IMG/VR virus record: IMGVR_UViG_3300000651_000003
Coordinates: 33,309-97,308 of that record
Strand: one strand, 5' to 3'
DNA length: 64,000 nt
Source of the DNA: a virus
Under the pieces are notes generated by a model, which worked only from the letters and a program-made list of their open reading frames with translations, made no database searches and was not told the DNA's origin. Positions 39,910-49,594 of this stretch are shown here, in pieces; the stretch's first letter is position 1; every line of letters starts with the position of its first letter. Position numbers and translations under genes: made by a program.

Positions 39910-39939
39910 TTGACTTCTGCTAGGCATTCAAATTAGACT
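39910..39939 (+). promoter_or_regulatory. rightward promoter TTGACT-18-TAGACT
   Basis: Same architecture as 56470-56499; GTG start 8 nt downstream. Confidence 0.55.
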
Positions 39940-39946
39940 CGGCCCA

Positions 39947-40297
39947 GTGAGAAATGCTAATAATAATAGACCTGTTATGGTTAGGCCCAAGGGCCGGCTG
40001 CTACTCTATTTAAGACAAAAGCGCCGCATGCCAGAGCCTAACGATTATCGATGCCCCACTCAAAGGGAAGTTGAAGATACAGCGGGTATTCCCGAACGCC
40101 GATTATCGTTTTATGAGAATGACAAACGGCCGTACTTGGCTCCTCTGGATCACATGATTGCCCTTGCGTCTTATTATGAGATGCCAGTCAGAGAGTTAAT
40201 AGAACCAGAGAGCCTTGACCAGTGCAAGACTCTAACCAAGTTCCTACTGACCACTCTTGATTTCACCGACGAGGAATTAGCCAGATGTCAGACATAG
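39947..40297 (+). CDS. XRE-type HTH transcriptional regulator
   Basis: TQREVEDTAGIPERRLSFYEND...LASYY; first gene after divergent promoters. Confidence 0.75.
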   Translation: MRNANNNRPVMVRPKGRLLLYLRQKRRMPEPNDYRCPTQREVEDTAGIPERRLSFYENDKRPYLAPLDHMIALASYYEMPVRELIEPESLDQCKTLTKFLLTTLDFTDEELARCQT

Positions 40298-40545
40298 CAG
40301 AGAAAATCGAAGTAGAAGTGACTGGCAAAGTCATCGGGTTCCGATTCGAAGATGAAGACATCGATGATGCCCGTGCCAGACTCGTTCTTGATGCAGAGAT
40401 ATTATCAAATGAGAATTGCAAGCAGCGGCTTCATCTATCTATTAAAGACCCAGAAAAATACTACAAGGGATTTTTGAAACCGTCGAGTGACCGAGACGAG
40501 CTACGCTCTTCGAATGCGCACGGAGAACAAACTGGCTCACACTAA
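40285..40545 (+). CDS. hypothetical protein
   Basis: ORF track; GAGG RBS. Confidence 0.5.
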   Translation: MSDIAEKIEVEVTGKVIGFRFEDEDIDDARARLVLDAEILSNENCKQRLHLSIKDPEKYYKGFLKPSSDRDELRSSNAHGEQTGSH

Positions 40546-40568
40546 CTAGATCGCTCGACGATTTCAAA

Positions 40569-41534
40569 ATGGCAATCACCCCTGAAGAAAGAGAAGCGAG
40601 AAAATCCGGGCTTGGCAGTTCAGACATTGCCCGCATAATGTGTGGGCACTCTGTCGACGTGGCTCTGGAAAAATTAGCCTCGGAAGATGACGACTATGAG
40701 TCTGTCAATCTTGACGACGCATGGGAAATCCGCATCGGCAAAATAGCAGAGCCGTTGATTTTATCAGCTTATGAAAAAAGAATGGGCTGCGAACTAGAGA
40801 AGTCACCGCCTCGAGTCACCCACCCAGAATATCCCTACATCTTCTGTCACCTTGATAGCCGCTGGCCCGGAGTCAGAACAGTTGAAGCCAAAACCTGCGG
40901 CCACTATCGCATCGGTGAGTTCGGGGATGCTGGTACTGACCAAGTGCCTGATTACGAGCTCTGGCAGGCTCATGTATTCAATGCTTGCGAGAATACAAAC
41001 GAGACTGACATAGCAGTTTGCTTCGTTACTATGGAAGCCACCCGGGCTTTGATTCTACGAGAGCGCCCACCGATTCATATCTACAAAGTACAACGAGATT
41101 TCGAACTGGAGGCCATGCTAATTCGCAAGGCCACTATGGTCTGGGAATACATACAAGCAGGATGCACTCCGCCGCCGGAAAATCTTGAGGACGTCAAGCG
41201 ATTGTACCGCAGAGGCGTAGTAACAAAGACAGCTCAGGCTACCGAGGAGTTGTACGATCACTATCTAAACCTGATAGATGTAAATGATAAAATCAGCGAC
41301 CTCGAGAAAAAGAAACGTGACGAGCAGATGATTCTGCAATCATTCATGAAGGATGCCGGGGAGTTGAGGTACGGCGATCGTCTGTTGGCAACATGGAAGA
41401 ATGATCGCGACGGAGAAAAACTCGACATGGAAACGCTCATGAATGACTATGAGGAAGTCTACAAAGATTGTCTGGTTCCCAAGCGAGGGGCCAGAAAATT
41501 TCTACCGAAGAAACCAAAGGAGCGAGATAGATGA
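40569..41534 (+). CDS. YqaJ/lambda-exonuclease family recombination nuclease
   Basis: R..GLGSSD, HLD...VEAKT, VPDY..Q motifs. Confidence 0.85.
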   Translation: MAITPEEREARKSGLGSSDIARIMCGHSVDVALEKLASEDDDYESVNLDDAWEIRIGKIAEPLILSAYEKRMGCELEKSPPRVTHPEYPYIFCHLDSRWPGVRTVEAKTCGHYRIGEFGDAGTDQVPDYELWQAHVFNACENTNETDIAVCFVTMEATRALILRERPPIHIYKVQRDFELEAMLIRKATMVWEYIQAGCTPPPENLEDVKRLYRRGVVTKTAQATEELYDHYLNLIDVNDKISDLEKKKRDEQMILQSFMKDAGELRYGDRLLATWKNDRDGEKLDMETLMNDYEEVYKDCLVPKRGARKFLPKKPKERDR

Positions 41535-43144
41535 GTAACGAGACAGTCAAACAGGACGCAATGGTTAAAATGGCGTCTGAACAAATCGCAGCGCCCGCTG
41601 CTGGTACAGAGATTGCTACCACTGCAGCTGCCGCTGAAACCGCTGCCATGATTCAAGCCCGGTATATCATGGCAATCAAGGCGCCCCGGAATATCGAGCA
41701 GGTACGGCTCGACCTATTAAAGGAGTGCAGCAGACCATCGTTCGCTCTAGTAGATGAGAAGGGCCAGTCGAGTGCTCTGTACCGCAAGCCTGTTGGCTGG
41801 GACCCGGACACCAGACAGCAGACCTTCGTTGAGGGATTGGGAATCCGGTTTGCTGAAGTTGCCATGCGGTGTATGAAGAATCTGATGGCAGAGTCATTCA
41901 CTGTACAAGAGAATGACAACCACCGAGTTATCCGGGTTATCGTTATTGACCTCGAGTCGAACATTTCGTATGCTAAATCAATTACCCTAGCAAAAACAGT
42001 CGAGCGTAAAAATCCCAGACGAGGGGCGATCATTATTGGTCAGCGCACAAACTCCCAAGGAGAAACTACCTTCACTGTTAAGGCAACTGACGACGACCTC
42101 GCCACTAAGGAAGCTGCTCAGATTTCAAAGGCAGTAAGAACGCTTATCCTCAGAATGGTGCCCGGCGACCTACAAGATGAGTGCGAGCAGAAAATCAGGG
42201 ATGTGCGTGCTGGCAAGATTACCGAAGACCCGGACGCAGCCAAGCGGAAAATCATCGACGGCATGGCTCTTCAAAACGTTAGCGTCGTGCAGTTAGAAGA
42301 ATTCCTTGGGCATCCTGTCGAGGAGTGCTCGCCACAGGAGATTCTGAATCTGCAGGCGCTGTACGGGGCAATTCGCGATGGCGAAACCACGTGGGCTGAG
42401 ATAAGCGACAATGTAGAAGCCGCAAAGAAAAAGAGGCCAGAACAAAAGGTCAGTGGAGACCCAACAAAGGGTAGCGCTGCTGCGAGTGAGCGAGCCAAGG
42501 CCGCGGAAGAAAAACAAGCAGCCACTCAAGCGGCCACCAAGCCGGTTCAACCAAAATCGAAACCAACGCTCGTTCCTCCTCCTGCGAAGGAAGAAAAGTC
42601 AGCAGTGTTTTGTATCAGCTGCGGAGTCACTGATGAGCCAATGGTTCAAACAGAGGCTGGGCCGATGTGCAAAAACTGCGCACCCAAACCGGAGCCAAAG
42701 ACTGAACCGAAACCTGCTCCAAAGCCGGCAGCATCAGCCCCGGCTAAACCAGCAGCCAAACCTGTAAAGGACATGCCGTGGATGAAGAAACCTGCTGCTG
42801 CGCCGGCCCCCGCCGCCGAGGACGAACTTGAGTTGCCGCTTGCCGGCAATGAAGAGGACGAAGACGAGGTGGAGCGAGTCTCTCCTAAGATGACAGAAAT
42901 CAAGGGAGTGAAGATGCCTCAGTACGCTGACCGGGCTGGCGATGACGTACCTTGGGATCAGGAGCAATACGATGCGGCTGTTGCTGCGTTCTCAGAAATT
43001 CCCGGCAGTAAGGGTGAAGCCCAGATGGTGATGTCGATAAACCAGTGGATCGGTTTACCGGTGCAGGAAATCAACGCTGCTACTCTTGAAGCGTTGACCC
43101 TTGCATTCACCACATTCGCTAACGAGAAGAAAGCCCAGCAATGA
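41531..43144 (+). CDS. putative single-strand annealing protein with P/A/K-rich linker
   Basis: Overlaps YqaJ gene; YRKPVG...EGLGIRFAE domain. Confidence 0.55.
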   Translation: MSNETVKQDAMVKMASEQIAAPAAGTEIATTAAAAETAAMIQARYIMAIKAPRNIEQVRLDLLKECSRPSFALVDEKGQSSALYRKPVGWDPDTRQQTFVEGLGIRFAEVAMRCMKNLMAESFTVQENDNHRVIRVIVIDLESNISYAKSITLAKTVERKNPRRGAIIIGQRTNSQGETTFTVKATDDDLATKEAAQISKAVRTLILRMVPGDLQDECEQKIRDVRAGKITEDPDAAKRKIIDGMALQNVSVVQLEEFLGHPVEECSPQEILNLQALYGAIRDGETTWAEISDNVEAAKKKRPEQKVSGDPTKGSAAASERAKAAEEKQAATQAATKPVQPKSKPTLVPPPAKEEKSAVFCISCGVTDEPMVQTEAGPMCKNCAPKPEPKTEPKPAPKPAASAPAKPAAKPVKDMPWMKKPAAAPAPAAEDELELPLAGNEEDEDEVERVSPKMTEIKGVKMPQYADRAGDDVPWDQEQYDAAVAAFSEIPGSKGEAQMVMSINQWIGLPVQEINAATLEALTLAFTTFANEKKAQQ

Positions 43145-43548
43145 AGTTGACCCAACTAAGTCTAGACCTCGACGAGCAGCTCGACTCTATGCAGCGAGCT
43201 GCTCACGGGCCTAGACTTGGCATAATCTTTAACGCCCAGCCACCGACCGGGGACGAGCTGAAAGAAGATGGGATAGCGAAAGTATCCTCAAAAGAAGCCT
43301 CTCGTCACTACCGGAATGGACTAGTCGAAACACTGAAATGCTTCCCAGTAGGGTCTCGCATAACTTCAGAGCAACTAACAGGCATCTACGGTAGGCCGCC
43401 CGAAGGCGTCAGTGTTAATGCAGTTGGGGCCGCAATCAACTTTATGGCTAAGCGAGGAATGATTTGTAAAACAGGGCGCATGCTTAAACCCGGGCGCAAG
43501 GAACGTCATTCCAATTTAATACCTGAATGGGAGGTACGACACTACTAA
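43141..43548 (+). CDS. putative DNA-binding protein with N-terminal QLSLDL
   Basis: wHTH-like (NAVGAA...GMI.KTG); QLSLDL resembles hexameric clamp-binding motif. Confidence 0.5.
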   Translation: MKLTQLSLDLDEQLDSMQRAAHGPRLGIIFNAQPPTGDELKEDGIAKVSSKEASRHYRNGLVETLKCFPVGSRITSEQLTGIYGRPPEGVSVNAVGAAINFMAKRGMICKTGRMLKPGRKERHSNLIPEWEVRHY

Positions 43549-44675
43549 TGGAATTCGCTATCGCAAAATCTGTTCTTCAAGAAGAGATGGGCAAGCTGAC
43601 AGGAATAATCGAAAAGAAGCCAACTATTCCTATTCTCGGGTTCATCAAGGTCGAAACTACTGACGCTGGGCTGCGGCTGAGCGCCACAGACATGGAGTCA
43701 TGGATTTTCTCGGAAGTGTCCAGCAAGCAGTTAGCTGTCACTCAACCCGGAGTCATGATGATACCGGCAAAGCAAATGTCCGACTTAGTAAGGCTGGCCC
43801 CAGACGGCCCCATCAAAGTAACTCTTGACAACAACGGTTGGATTCGAGTGCTTGCGAAGAACTGCAACTTCCGCATTCCCTCTGTTGCTCCAGACGGCTT
43901 TCCTGACCCGCCATCGTGGGAACATGTTACGTGGCTAGAGTTGCCAAGCAAAACAGTCAAGACCATCTTGCCAATGGTAAAGAACATGATGGCTCAGGAC
44001 GACAGCCGGCTGAATCTTCGTGGCATCAAATTGGAAATAGTAGATGGGCAGCTGACTATGGTGGCCACCGATGGTCACCGCATAATCGTTGGTTCATCTC
44101 AGCTCGACGGCATGATGCTGGACGACATTACAGTTCTGCTGCCTGCTCAGGGAATCGACGAATTAGTGAAGTTGATTCCTGATGACGGAAACATCAGCAT
44201 CGCCTTCGACGACGACAATCTATTTTTCTCCTTGGGGACGAGAATCCTTACTACTCGGTTATTGGCTGTCAAGTTCCCGGGTTACAAGGCAGCATTCGGT
44301 AATATAAAGTATTGTGATCTGTCATGCTCATTCAAGGCCGATTACTTGAGTCAGGCAGTCAAGCGAGCTATGTTATGCGCGGACAGGGAGAAGGGTGATT
44401 CAGCCGCAATATCTCTGTTGTTTGAGTCCGGGAAGTTAAAACTGAATGCTGCGTCTGCCGAGTTGGGTGAAGCCAATAACATTCTAGAGAGCAACTTCAG
44501 CGGCGACGATCCATTCAAGGTCTATTTCAACGGGAAATATTTGTTGGACTTCCTTGACCCGGCCGGCTCCGAAACGGTGGGAATCCAATTCAAGGACACC
44601 AATAGCCAAGCATACTTAACGAGTGAACGAGATGGATGTTCATTCTTTTACTGCTGCATGCCAATGCGTGGATGA
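43548..44675 (+). CDS. dnaN: DNA polymerase III beta sliding clamp
   Basis: TIPILG, ATDME, VATDGHR, FP.Y, FN..YLLD, MPMR. Confidence 0.95.
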   Translation: MEFAIAKSVLQEEMGKLTGIIEKKPTIPILGFIKVETTDAGLRLSATDMESWIFSEVSSKQLAVTQPGVMMIPAKQMSDLVRLAPDGPIKVTLDNNGWIRVLAKNCNFRIPSVAPDGFPDPPSWEHVTWLELPSKTVKTILPMVKNMMAQDDSRLNLRGIKLEIVDGQLTMVATDGHRIIVGSSQLDGMMLDDITVLLPAQGIDELVKLIPDDGNISIAFDDDNLFFSLGTRILTTRLLAVKFPGYKAAFGNIKYCDLSCSFKADYLSQAVKRAMLCADREKGDSAAISLLFESGKLKLNAASAELGEANNILESNFSGDDPFKVYFNGKYLLDFLDPAGSETVGIQFKDTNSQAYLTSERDGCSFFYCCMPMRG

Positions 44676-44932
44676 AGTGTCACTATGTTTTAAATCCCCG
44701 AGGGGGATTCATTGCTGAGCATACAGAACCCTTTTGTCGACGATGCATTCACAGGTACGCAACGCCTAAAAGAGTTCGCTACCACGTCTATATTCAATAC
44801 TGGTGTGGTCATGTATGTGTGTATTGCAGAGACGAGCTCGCAATCAAACATAAATACGAGCGAGTGGAAGTAAAACCAATCGGCCCTTGGAATTTACCGA
44901 GAGCGCCAAAACCATGGGAGAGTACAGAATGA
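44672..44932 (+). CDS. Cys-rich hypothetical protein
   Basis: ATGA overlap; CRRC, CVYC. Confidence 0.45.
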   Translation: MKCHYVLNPRGGFIAEHTEPFCRRCIHRYATPKRVRYHVYIQYWCGHVCVYCRDELAIKHKYERVEVKPIGPWNLPRAPKPWESTE

Positions 44933-45192
44933 TAATCGTAGAACTTGCTGTCAGGTGCAAAACCTGCAAAACAGAACTGACTGCTTTAATCTCAGCAGAG
45001 GTATCTGGTGGTCCTCAAGAGATACTCGTAGAGCCATGTGAGAAGTGTGTCGATAACGCAGCTGAAGTAAAGACTGCATTGGACTCATCAGCCAGAAGAG
45101 ACGACCCGCCCGAAGACGATGAAGTAAAAATCGACTTGGTGGTAAATCGTGATCGTCAGGTGATTTCAGTGACCGACCGAGCCAAATACTAA
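44929..45192 (+). CDS. zinc-ribbon hypothetical protein
   Basis: CKTC...PCEKC; ATGA overlap. Confidence 0.5.
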   Translation: MIIVELAVRCKTCKTELTALISAEVSGGPQEILVEPCEKCVDNAAEVKTALDSSARRDDPPEDDEVKIDLVVNRDRQVISVTDRAKY

Positions 45193-47148
45193 ATGTATCA
45201 GCCCGCAATCATACTTGACGAGTACGAGGATAGTGCTACCAGATGGACTCCTCCTCGTCCTGAAGACTTGCCAACGCTGGAAGGCGTTAGTCGCATCTCA
45301 ATGGATACTGAGAATAGTGGCAAGAACGCCTTCGATGACTTCGTATGTGGAGTGTCGATTGGCTGGCGAGACCCCGAGAATCTTGCAGCGAAATCTCTCT
45401 ACGCTCCTGTTGGCCACATCGAAGGCAATATGGATCCTGAAATCGTCAAGATGTGGATGGAGTATGTTTTGCCGGGTAAGGAAATCGTTTTTGCAAATGG
45501 TAAGTACGATATTCAGATCATGCGCACCGGGCTGAAGAAAAAGTTTGGTATTGACCTCGAGGCTCTGGGTTGTAAAGTTCGTGATGTAGCATTCCCTGCA
45601 GCTCTGTTGGACGACAGCCCGTTTGCTGATTTAAGCCTTGACGCAATTGGCATTAAGTACGTTGGCAGAGGCAAGGAGAGATTCCCCGGGGACATTGACA
45701 AAATGGCTAGCTACCCGAGTTGGATGGCTGGGCCTTATGCCGAGGGTGACTCGTTGATCACTCTTGAAGCAGACGAGAACATGGAACCGTTCATCCGGCA
45801 AGAAGGTTTGGAAAATGTTCTTGAGTTGGAAAATAGTCTCATCTATGCTGTCTGTGAGATTGAGCGCAATGGCTGCCGGGTGCATCGACCAAAACTGGAG
45901 CAATGGCGCAGCGAGGTCAGGACTGAGTATGAGAAGATCCTACGAGAAATCTTTCAACTAACCGGTTTCCGGGTTGACCCCGGGACCGTCGACTCGATGA
46001 TGAAGCTGTTTAGTTTTCTTGGCCTTGAGCCACCGAAGAAAAAACCAAAGCGCAAATCCAAAGCAAAGGGTAAATCTAAGCATCAAGAGGAGGAGCCTGA
46101 AGATGAGGAAGAAAATAGCCAAAAACGCACCTTTGAGGTTGATGAGTTATTATCGTTTAATCACCCCATCTTCAATTTAGTTGTTGATGCCAGACGGCAG
46201 CAAAGTTTACTGTCGAGATTTCTAGATAAGTACTATGAAGCTCTTACGTGGGGGCACCAGAACGGCAATGATTTGTTAAGAGCGTCATTCCATCAATGCA
46301 AGAACAATTTGGAAGCGCTCAAAAAGAAAGAGAAGGCTAAGGGCACCGGATGGGGCCGCTTTAGTAGTAGTGGCGGAGGAGATCTCAAGAGTGGGTATTC
46401 GTTTAATGCTCAGCAAGTCATACGAGCAGACAAGCAGGAAGCAGAGCTGGGCGATGCTCACATAATTCGAGAATTGTTTATACCAGACGACGGCATGGAA
46501 TACTTCAGCGCAGATATGAAGCAGGTTGAATATAGAATCTATGCCGCATTGGCTGGAGCCAAGACCGTCATCAAGGCTTACCGAGAGGATGCAAATACTG
46601 ACTACCATGCTTTGCTACACGATCGTATCCGACCCTACAAACCACATATTCAGCGAACCATTGTTAAGAATGTCAGTTTCGCTTATGCGTACAACTCTAG
46701 TCCTCAGACGTTGGCAGCCACCGCAGGAGTCACAATTAAAGAGGCAGAAGAGATATATGAATTTTGTAAACAGCTAATGCCAGAGCGAGACGGGTTCATA
46801 AAGAAATGCGCTCATGATGCCGAGCATAAAGGATACGTGGCTACCATCATGGGAAGGCGGGCGCGGTTCAAGCCTAGCGATCCCTTTTACAGAGCGGTTA
46901 GTCGCGTAGTACAGGGCAGTGCAGCTGATATATTTAAGCTAGCCCTGAGAGACTTATACCGCGAGAGAAAAACGCTCGGCATACACAAACTACGACAGGT
47001 TGTGCACGACGAAATCGACGGAGATAAAGAGCCGGGAGAAATTTATACAAAAAGGATTCTCGATTTCCTTGACGAACAGAGGTTCAACCTATCCATACCG
47101 ATTCGCTGGGACCTACACGCTGGAGCCAACTGGAGGGACTGCAAATGA
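45193..47148 (+). CDS. polA: family A DNA polymerase with 3'-5' exonuclease
   Basis: Exo DTE, N..YD, Y...D; motif A DMKQVEYR, motif B R...KNVSF...Y, motif C HDE. Confidence 0.93.
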   Translation: MYQPAIILDEYEDSATRWTPPRPEDLPTLEGVSRISMDTENSGKNAFDDFVCGVSIGWRDPENLAAKSLYAPVGHIEGNMDPEIVKMWMEYVLPGKEIVFANGKYDIQIMRTGLKKKFGIDLEALGCKVRDVAFPAALLDDSPFADLSLDAIGIKYVGRGKERFPGDIDKMASYPSWMAGPYAEGDSLITLEADENMEPFIRQEGLENVLELENSLIYAVCEIERNGCRVHRPKLEQWRSEVRTEYEKILREIFQLTGFRVDPGTVDSMMKLFSFLGLEPPKKKPKRKSKAKGKSKHQEEEPEDEEENSQKRTFEVDELLSFNHPIFNLVVDARRQQSLLSRFLDKYYEALTWGHQNGNDLLRASFHQCKNNLEALKKKEKAKGTGWGRFSSSGGGDLKSGYSFNAQQVIRADKQEAELGDAHIIRELFIPDDGMEYFSADMKQVEYRIYAALAGAKTVIKAYREDANTDYHALLHDRIRPYKPHIQRTIVKNVSFAYAYNSSPQTLAATAGVTIKEAEEIYEFCKQLMPERDGFIKKCAHDAEHKGYVATIMGRRARFKPSDPFYRAVSRVVQGSAADIFKLALRDLYRERKTLGIHKLRQVVHDEIDGDKEPGEIYTKRILDFLDEQRFNLSIPIRWDLHAGANWRDCK

Positions 47149-47266
47149 GTGACTTGCAATTCTTTGTGCAGAGCATCAGAGTCAGTTTCGAAATCTTCTG
47201 TTTTGTGGTGATAATACTTTTCCTTGTATTCGCAATCGTCTTGCCGTTTTGGAACAGGAGCAAATA

Positions 47267-47674
47267 ATGTACACAATAACTAAAGAATTCCATTTCGAAG
47301 CTGCTCACCACTTGTACGGGTTGCCAGAAGGCCACCAATGCGCTCGGATGCATGGACACTCATACCGAGTGGAAGTAGAATTGGCTTCTCCCAAACTTAA
47401 CAGAGTGGGTTTTGTTGTTGACTATGGCGAGCTTGACGTATTCGCTACGTACCTGAAAGAAAACTTCGATCATCAGGACCTCAATTTTGTGCTACAAAGA
47501 CTGTCGAAAATCCAAAACATGTGGTACAACGCAACAGGCGGCGATGGTATGTATAATCCTACTGCAGAAAATCTTGCCCGGGGATTTTACCTTTGGTGTA
47601 AACAGCATTGGAAAGAGACTATAGCTGTCCGCGTCAGCGAGACTCAAAAGACTTGGGCGGAACACCGTCCATAG
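47267..47674 (+). CDS. queD: 6-carboxy-5,6,7,8-tetrahydropterin synthase QueD
   Basis: FEAAHHL, C.R.HGHSY, DH..LN, PTAENLA, VSET. Confidence 0.95.
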   Translation: MYTITKEFHFEAAHHLYGLPEGHQCARMHGHSYRVEVELASPKLNRVGFVVDYGELDVFATYLKENFDHQDLNFVLQRLSKIQNMWYNATGGDGMYNPTAENLARGFYLWCKQHWKETIAVRVSETQKTWAEHRP

Positions 47675-47703
47675 CAAAGCCACGGAAGGGAGAACATAAA
47701 TCT

Positions 47704-47883
47704 ATGATGTGGCTTCTTTTAATACTGGGTGCTCTGAATTTGGTTTGTATACTCATTGCACTCCGTAAACTATCAACCATGCTTCGCTTCGTCAAACAGA
47801 TGGAAACCTTATCGGCTTTAACATCGGGGCTGAAAGACTCATCTGAGAAATTGAAGGAAGCTCTTAAGAAACAGGGAGGTTAG
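47704..47883 (+). CDS. small single-TM coiled-coil protein
   Basis: Hydrophobic N-terminus, heptad C-terminus. Confidence 0.5.
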   Translation: MMWLLLILGALNLVCILIALRKLSTMLRFVKQMETLSALTSGLKDSSEKLKEALKKQGG

Positions 47884-47886
47884 GAA

Positions 47887-48150
47887 ATGTCTGTTCTCGA
47901 TGATGTAAATGCTCTGAAGGCTCAAATCGAGGCCACAGAAACAGTAGAAGGTTCTGCCACTACTTTCATTAACGGTGTGCCGGGCCTTATTTCAGCTGCA
48001 GTAGCCGCGGCGTTGGCGAACGGAGCCACCGCGGATCAACTGAAGCCTCTTACCGATCTTCAGTCTACACTGCAAGCACAAACCGAAGCGCTGTCAGCAG
48101 CGATCGCGGCAAACACTCCGCCGCCTCCGCCGCCTCCGGCCAATCCATAG
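47887..48150 (+). CDS. Ala-rich coiled-coil protein with poly-Pro tail
   Basis: ORF with GGAGG RBS. Confidence 0.6.
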   Translation: MSVLDDVNALKAQIEATETVEGSATTFINGVPGLISAAVAAALANGATADQLKPLTDLQSTLQAQTEALSAAIAANTPPPPPPPANP

Positions 48151-48223
48151 TCGCGAGCAATCGCTGTCACGCGGAAGCCCCGGGCAACCGTAAGGCCCGG
48201 GGCAGACCGCAGGAGAATCTAAG

Positions 48224-48523
48224 ATGAAGAAATTGTTTATGACGGTAGTGGTACTGGTGGCAATCGCTGCTGTGGTGTTTACGTCGCGACCTGCTAAGGC
48301 GGTTTCCGCACCTTCAGCTGTGACTCAGGCCGACATCTGCGACGACGTTATCGCAGTAGCTCAAACGGACGGCGACCAGACTTATACGTCGTGCATTGCC
48401 GCGTTCGGTAGAGGGATGGACACGCAGTGCTTTCAGAATGCGTCACGTACTTTCACATCTACGCTTCGACAACAGAATTTTGCACTCGGAACCGATTGCG
48501 TAGGAACGTACCAAAGCCAGTGA
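48224..48523 (+). CDS. small secreted Cys-containing protein
   Basis: MKK + hydrophobic signal peptide, AKA cleavage-like site; four Cys. Confidence 0.6.
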   Translation: MKKLFMTVVVLVAIAAVVFTSRPAKAVSAPSAVTQADICDDVIAVAQTDGDQTYTSCIAAFGRGMDTQCFQNASRTFTSTLRQQNFALGTDCVGTYQSQ

Positions 48524-48559
48524 AACCTTCGATGCGGCACGCTCCCACGTGGCTGCATC

Positions 48560-48793
48560 TTGGACTCAAACAAAATGGCAAAAACAGCATTTAATCGCAG
48601 CAATATACTCACATTTGAAGAGCGTCAAGAAGCAGCTATCAAGTGTCTCAACCTTATAGAGGATGAAATGGAATCATTATCTCCTAAAGATCGCAATTTC
48701 GTTATTGAGATGGGAGACAAAGTTCATACCGGTGGGGCGAGCGAGCGACAACTTGCTTGGCTGCGAGACATTTGTGGGAAGCTGGGTTACTGA
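48560..48793 (+). CDS. hypothetical protein
   Basis: LSPKDRNFV..M...SERQLAWL motif seen in phage proteins. Confidence 0.5.
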   Translation: MDSNKMAKTAFNRSNILTFEERQEAAIKCLNLIEDEMESLSPKDRNFVIEMGDKVHTGGASERQLAWLRDICGKLGY

Positions 48794-48919
48794 GTTGGAA
48801 AAAATTCACTTCAGCTTTCAGAGAAAACCTCTTTGCCAGAACCGCAGCCGTTTGCGGTGCACTGACGATAAATCAAGAGTTACTTGTGATAGCTGCAAAA
48901 GAGAATTGGAGAAAAGACC

Positions 48920-49594
48920 ATGGCTGAAATGACCCTGAAGGTATCTGAGGTATTTTACTCGTTGCAGGGAGAAGGTGCCCGGGCTGGCGAGCCATCGATA
49001 TTCATTCGACTGCAAGGGTGCTCTGCAAAATATGCTTGCGCTCGGTCAGGAGTAGTTTGTGATACAGAGTTCGAATCCGGCAAAGAGATGACCCTTAAAG
49101 AATTGGACGACACCATCTATAATGTTGAGGTGCGAACTGTGGCAGGAGCCACCCTGCGACCATGGTGGATCGTCTGGACTGGCGGCGAACCCCTCGACCA
49201 GTTGACTCCAGACATCCTGAGGTGGTTCAAAGACAAAAAGTACATGCAGGCGATAGAGACTAGCGGCATCAAATATATGTCGAATGAAATCTCTACCTTG
49301 CTCGACTGGATTGTCTGTTCGCCGAAGGTAGCAGAGCACATACTCGAAAAGAATTTCAAGGACGTCATCCGCAAGCATGAAGCTGGAAACGTTGACGAGC
49401 TGAGATATGTTCGTCACGCAGGCCAGCCCGGGGTCCCCGTACCTGCTCTACATGCTCAGTACTACTACCTGTCGCCCCATACTGACGGTCAGAAAATCAA
49501 CCAAGGAAATCTCCGACACTGCATCAAGCTCTGTTTAGAAAATCCAATGTGGAGGCTGTCTGTTCAGCAGCACAAGCTATGGCAGATACTATAA
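48920..49594 (+). CDS. queE: 7-carboxy-7-deazaguanine synthase QueE (radical SAM)
   Basis: EVFYSLQGEG, FIRL.GC...CDT, TGGEP, IETSG, SPK, WRLSVQ.HK. Confidence 0.95.
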   Translation: MAEMTLKVSEVFYSLQGEGARAGEPSIFIRLQGCSAKYACARSGVVCDTEFESGKEMTLKELDDTIYNVEVRTVAGATLRPWWIVWTGGEPLDQLTPDILRWFKDKKYMQAIETSGIKYMSNEISTLLDWIVCSPKVAEHILEKNFKDVIRKHEAGNVDELRYVRHAGQPGVPVPALHAQYYYLSPHTDGQKINQGNLRHCIKLCLENPMWRLSVQQHKLWQIL

